Source: Mycobacterium tuberculosis H37Rv
Lineage (GTDB): Bacteria > Actinomycetota > Actinomycetes > Mycobacteriales > Mycobacteriaceae
Assembly: GCF_000195955.2 (NCBI RefSeq)
Contig: NC_000962.3
Span: 300,001 to 332,000, forward strand
DNA: 32,000 bases
Reading direction: 5' to 3'
Shown here: positions 28,575-32,000 of the stretch, in pieces
Layout of the letters: every line of letters begins with the position of its first letter
Position numbering within the stretch: position 1 is the first letter of the stretch
Notes under the pieces: model-generated
What the model was told of the DNA's origin: nothing
Database searches by the model: none
What the model saw: the letters and a program-made list of their open reading frames with translations, nothing else
Translations under genes and position numbers: made by a program

Positions 28575-29708
28575 TCAGCGCCACCGCTTGGCTATCCACT
28601 TGGCGATGGTGTCGGCCTGCTCGCTGCGGGCGCCCGGGGTGGTGAAGTAATGGTCGGTGTCGATCGAGACCTGAGTCTTGTCGCTGCTGGCGAGCCCGTC
28701 GTAGATCTGCTGGGCATCCGACGGGAAGATTCCGGTGTCGGCCTCGGCGTTGAGCACCAGGGCCGGGCAGGTGATCCGGGCCAGGTGGGGTGCGGCACGG
28801 GTTTGGGCCACCCGCAGGCTCCACATGCCCAGCCAGCCGCGCAGCGTGCAGGCCGCGGCGATGCCGTGTGCGGAGCGGTTCGCCTTCACCGGCGTGCCCG
28901 CGTAGCACTGGTTGGGCCGACGCTTGGTCGGTTCGATGCTGGGATCGACCATGCGCGGGTCGGCCCAGGTACGCATCACGCTGAACGGCCGATCAGAAAA
29001 GCCAGCTGCGCGAACACGTTTGAGTTCGGATTCGGCCCAGTCGGTGATGGTGTGGTTGCGTTTGACCTGCGCGGAGCGATACCGGCTGATAAACTCCGGT
29101 GAGTACGGCGGCCCGTTGCGTTCGTCGAACAGGTCAAGTTCGGGATCGGTTGCAACCGGATCATTTTCGTCAATGACGGCGGCGTCCATCCAAGCGGTGA
29201 GCACATCCGGACGGCCGGGATGAGCTGCGGCGGCAACGTATGCGTCGGCGGCCGGCAATTCGGTTACCCCGGCTGCGGGTCGCATACCGTCCAGGGGAGT
29301 CACGTTCGGATCGACCGCTTGTGATTGGTAGGCGGCCATCAATGAGCCACCACCTGAATTGCCAAGCAACACCACTGTTTCCACGCCCTGAACTTCGCGG
29401 AGCCAGCGCACCCCGACGCCGATGTCGACCAGTGCGTGATCGAGCAGAAAGCTGCTTTCGAAACCACGGAATCGGGTGTTCCAGCCCAGAAACCCGATGC
29501 CGCGGATCGCCATGTACTCGGCGAGATAGTGCTCGGAGAAATCGATCTGGTAGTGCGCGGCGATGAGCGCCACCTTCGGTTTGCGTCCCACGCTGTGGTG
29601 GTACAGCCCCTGGCATGGGTGCCCACCGGCAGCCGCACGCCCCGCGGTTCGCGACGGCAGCCCGACGAACTCTCGGATGACCCCGGGCGTGGCAGCACGA
29701 CCAGTCAA
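28575..29708 (-). CDS. Alpha/beta hydrolase-like protein (377 aa; Rv0272c-like)
   Basis: KVALIAAHYQIDFSEHYLAEYMA..., nucleophile-elbow-like LLGNSGGGSLMAAYQ, C-terminal SIDTDHYFTTPG (catalytic His region). Confidence 0.85.
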   Translation of the reverse strand: MTGRAATPGVIREFVGLPSRTAGRAAAGGHPCQGLYHHSVGRKPKVALIAAHYQIDFSEHYLAEYMAIRGIGFLGWNTRFRGFESSFLLDHALVDIGVGVRWLREVQGVETVVLLGNSGGGSLMAAYQSQAVDPNVTPLDGMRPAAGVTELPAADAYVAAAAHPGRPDVLTAWMDAAVIDENDPVATDPELDLFDERNGPPYSPEFISRYRSAQVKRNHTITDWAESELKRVRAAGFSDRPFSVMRTWADPRMVDPSIEPTKRRPNQCYAGTPVKANRSAHGIAAACTLRGWLGMWSLRVAQTRAAPHLARITCPALVLNAEADTGIFPSDAQQIYDGLASSDKTQVSIDTDHYFTTPGARSEQADTIAKWIAKRWR

Positions 29709-30325
29709 TTTGAGCTGTCCTCCTTACTGTAGATGGCGCGGTAGTAAATGTTGGCCAAGGTCTGGATGCACGCCTGATCGTCAGGTTGTCCACGGCGTGA
29801 ACGCTTACCGCTGAGCTGCAGGTAGCAAAACTGGTTGAACATTGCCACAATCGCCTCGGCCATCAACTGGGGGTCATCGCCGACGCAATAGCCGTGCGCC
29901 TGAGCGCGTTTGACCGTCTCGGTGATGAACGATATTGGAATCTGGCATATTTCGGACCAGTATTGCGCGAAGTCGTCACTGACCATCGCCAACTGTGACA
30001 CGCTGATCGCTTCTGCGAGGCGGTTGCGGTAGGTGTACCAATGGGCGGCAGCGGCTTCATACGCGCGCTCGCGGTCGGATAGGCCGTGCCGGATCACCGA
30101 CAATGCCCGCTGGTTGGCGTCGTCGCGGAAGCGCAGCGCCCACTGCCGGACCATCGCCTCTTTGGAGTCGTAGTAGTTGTAAAAGGATGCCGCCGAGCGG
30201 CCGGCTTCGGCGGTGATGTCGGCGACGGTGGTCGCCAGGATTCCGTTGCGCACCACGACCGTCCGCGCGGCGGCGTCGATTGCGGCCTGGGTCCGCCGAC
30301 CGCGTTGCGTCGGGAAGTCCGGCAC
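29705..30325 (-). CDS. TetR-family transcriptional regulator (206 aa; Rv0273c-like; GTG start)
   Basis: RGRRTQAAIDAAARTVVVRNGILATTVADITAEAGRSAASFYNYYDSKEAMVRQW HTH. The track ORF to 30850 runs antisense through the neighbouring gene. Overlaps the next gene by 4 nt. Confidence 0.9.
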   Translation of the reverse strand: MPDFPTQRGRRTQAAIDAAARTVVVRNGILATTVADITAEAGRSAASFYNYYDSKEAMVRQWALRFRDDANQRALSVIRHGLSDRERAYEAAAAHWYTYRNRLAEAISVSQLAMVSDDFAQYWSEICQIPISFITETVKRAQAHGYCVGDDPQLMAEAIVAMFNQFCYLQLSGKRSRRGQPDDQACIQTLANIYYRAIYSKEDSSN

Positions 30326-30348
30326 CTGGGCACCTCCCTGGAACAAAA

Positions 30349-30370
30349 CTGAACCTGATGTTAGATTCAG
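30349..30370. promoter_or_regulatory. 22-bp imperfect palindrome in the divergent TetR / VOC-gene promoter region
   Basis: CTGAACCTGATGTTAGATTCAG: 8 of 11 symmetric positions pair (CTGAAnCTnA..TnAGnTTCAG). Confidence 0.6.
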
Positions 30371-30421
30371 ATTCAGAGCTTGGCCAGGCCGCCGTCCCGG
30401 GGAGCCAATGGGAGCCGCACG

Positions 30422-31003
30422 ATGATCAAGCCGCACAACACCAACACCGAATTCGAGCTTGGTGGGATCAACCACGTCGCGCTGGTGTGTTCGGACATGG
30501 CGCGCACCGTGGACTTCTACAGCAACATCCTGGGGATGCCGCTGATCAAGGCGCTCGATCTGCCCGGCGGCCAAGGGCAGCACTTCTTCTTTGACGCCGG
30601 CAACGGCGATTGTGTCGCCTTCTTCTGGTTCGCCGATGCACCTGATCGGGTGCCCGGTCTTTCGTCGCCGGTTGCCATCCCCGGCATCGGCGACATCACC
30701 AGCGCGGTGAGCACCATGAACCATCTGGCGTTTCATGTACCCGCCGAAAGGTTCGACGCCTACCGGCAGCGGCTCAAGGACAAAGGCGTGCGGGTCGGCC
30801 CGGTGCTCAACCATGACGACAGCGAGACGCAGGTGTCCGCGGTGGTGCATCCCGGTGTGTACGTACGCTCGTTCTACTTCCAGGACCCCGATGGGATAAC
30901 TCTGGAATTCGCTTGCTGGACAAAGGAATTCACTACGAGCGACGCGCAGGCCGTGCCGAAGACGGCGGCTGACCGGCGACCTCCGGTGGCTGCGGATCGT
31001 TAG
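30422..31003 (+). CDS. Glyoxalase/bleomycin-resistance/extradiol dioxygenase (VOC) superfamily protein (193 aa; Rv0274-like)
   Basis: MIKPHNTNTEFELGGINHVALVCSDMARTVDFYSNILGMPLIKAL...NHLAFHVPAERFDAYRQRLK...SFYFQDPDGITLEFACW. Start taken at 30422 rather than 30380. Confidence 0.9.
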   Translation: MIKPHNTNTEFELGGINHVALVCSDMARTVDFYSNILGMPLIKALDLPGGQGQHFFFDAGNGDCVAFFWFADAPDRVPGLSSPVAIPGIGDITSAVSTMNHLAFHVPAERFDAYRQRLKDKGVRVGPVLNHDDSETQVSAVVHPGVYVRSFYFQDPDGITLEFACWTKEFTTSDAQAVPKTAADRRPPVAADR

Positions 31004-31658
31004 CCCCGGATTTGGCAGCTGTTGCCGCTACCCGGGGACGGGACAAGTTTGGGTCGGTGAGTTCATCGAGCAGCGCAGCTAGCTGATCGACCAGCTGGTC
31101 GGGATCGAGTCGCACGTCACCGGCCAGCCAGGCGCTGATGGTCTGCCCGACGCCGCCGACGGCGAAGTGTGCGACCGCCTTGACGTGGTCATTTGCCGGT
31201 GCGTGCAGGGTGTCGACGGCATGTTGGCCGGACAGCATGGCGAACAGGGCGCTGGATTCCGCACGCTTGCGGGTGATCACTGCGTTGGCCAGCTGTGTGC
31301 TGAACAGCAGGCGTCCGACGCGGGCGTCTGCGGTGATGGTCCGCACGATGTTGGCCATGCCCGCGCGAGTCTGCTCCCGCGCCGGTACCGCCGTGACCGC
31401 GGCCTGAGTGGTGGCGACCAGCTCGGCCACCACCCAGTCGAACACGCGGCCGACGAATTCGTCCTTGTCGGTGAAGCTTTCGTAGAAGTAGCGCACCGAC
31501 AGGCCGGCCCGCCGGCAAATGGTGCGGATGGTTAGCTCGGCGATGTCGTGCTGGTCGGACCCCAACAGGTCCAGGCCGGCAGAGAGCGACTGGCGACGGC
31601 GCGTCGCCAGTCGCTCGGCGGCCTCGACGCCGCGGTAGGGTCGATCACTGCGCGTCAT
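30933..31658 (-). CDS. TetR-family transcriptional regulator (241 aa; Rv0275c-like)
   Basis: RRRQSLSAGLDLLGSDQHDIAELTIRTICRRAGLSVRYFYESFTDKDEFVGRVFDW HTH. Confidence 0.92.
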   Translation of the reverse strand: MTRSDRPYRGVEAAERLATRRRQSLSAGLDLLGSDQHDIAELTIRTICRRAGLSVRYFYESFTDKDEFVGRVFDWVVAELVATTQAAVTAVPAREQTRAGMANIVRTITADARVGRLLFSTQLANAVITRKRAESSALFAMLSGQHAVDTLHAPANDHVKAVAHFAVGGVGQTISAWLAGDVRLDPDQLVDQLAALLDELTDPNLSRPRVAATAAKSGANDPQPPEVAGQPPSSARPARRS

Positions 31659-31747
31659 ACGGATCATCTTGACACTCGGGCACGATACCGGCCAATATCA
31701 GGATACAGGTGTTTCCATAATTAGCGGCAGCGCCGGGAGGCCTTCGG

Positions 31748-32000
31748 ATGGCGATTTCGCTGGTGGCTCACCAGCCCATCCCCCACGTCGAGCGTCCCAT
31801 GGCCGACCCACCCCGTCTCCAGCTGGCCAGGCGCCGGCGATCGGCGGCCGGCCCCGGCGGTAACGAGGACAGCTTGATGGGAGTGGCGCTGCTAGCCGGC
31901 CCGGCCAACGTGATCATGGAGTTGGCGATGCCGGGTGTCGGCTACGGCGTGTTGGAGAGCCGTGTCGAAAGCGGCCGGCTGGACCGCCATCCGATCAAGC
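31748..32000 (+). CDS. N-terminal fragment of a DUF2236-type oxygenase-like protein (Rv0276-like), truncated by the window edge
   Basis: ATG at 31748, frame open to the end: [84 protein letters not shown]. Confidence 0.75.
   Translation, partial: MAISLVAHQPIPHVERPMADPPRLQLARRRRSAAGPGGNEDSLMGVALLAGPANVIMELAMPGVGYGVLESRVESGRLDRHPIK

Noticed and set aside
30326-30850. N-terminal extension of the TetR ORF to 381 aa
   Set aside because: The extra 175 residues are antisense to the VOC gene and lack family similarity. A GTG at 30325 places the start just before the HTH region.
31670-31700. TTGACA sequence upstream of the DUF2236 gene considered as a -35 box
   Set aside because: No convincing -10 hexamer at 16-18 bp spacing could be found, so no promoter call is made.

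Overview
The window reads as a Mycobacterium tuberculosis-complex chromosomal segment, roughly the Rv0248c-Rv0276 neighbourhood. Rv numbers and literature links are recalled from memory; no database was queried. Contents in order: partial succinate dehydrogenase flavoprotein and its membrane anchor; a small conserved ORF; Hsp20 (acr2); nirB-nirD; PPE2-cobQ-cobU behind a cobalamin riboswitch; a truncated TetR-like ORF; a SirB/CbiX-like ORF; a HemD-like/winged-helix regulator; narK3; aac(2')-Ic; PxpC- and PxpB-like genes; a FecB-like lipoprotein; 5-oxoprolinase oplA; narU; a small toxin-antitoxin-like locus; a stand-alone LigD-type polymerase domain; fadD2; fadE6; an alpha/beta hydrolase; TetR and VOC genes; a second TetR; and the start of a DUF2236 gene. 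The strongest non-routine signal is at 22764-23280 (minus). The track's 169-aa ORF is a chimera of a real Phd/YefM-type antitoxin (22764-23021) and an out-of-frame N-terminus. That N-terminus lies over a RelE-type toxin gene (23018-23280) that looks broken by a single missing base and overlaps the antitoxin start by ATGA. Other notable points are a riboswitch lying antisense to an annotated-type ORF, a TetR C-terminal domain without its DNA-binding domain, aac(2') embedded in a 5-oxoproline/amide-metabolism gene run, several clear palindromes in promoter regions, and tandem hairpins at the end of narU. No CRISPR arrays, mobile elements, tRNAs or rRNAs were recognised.
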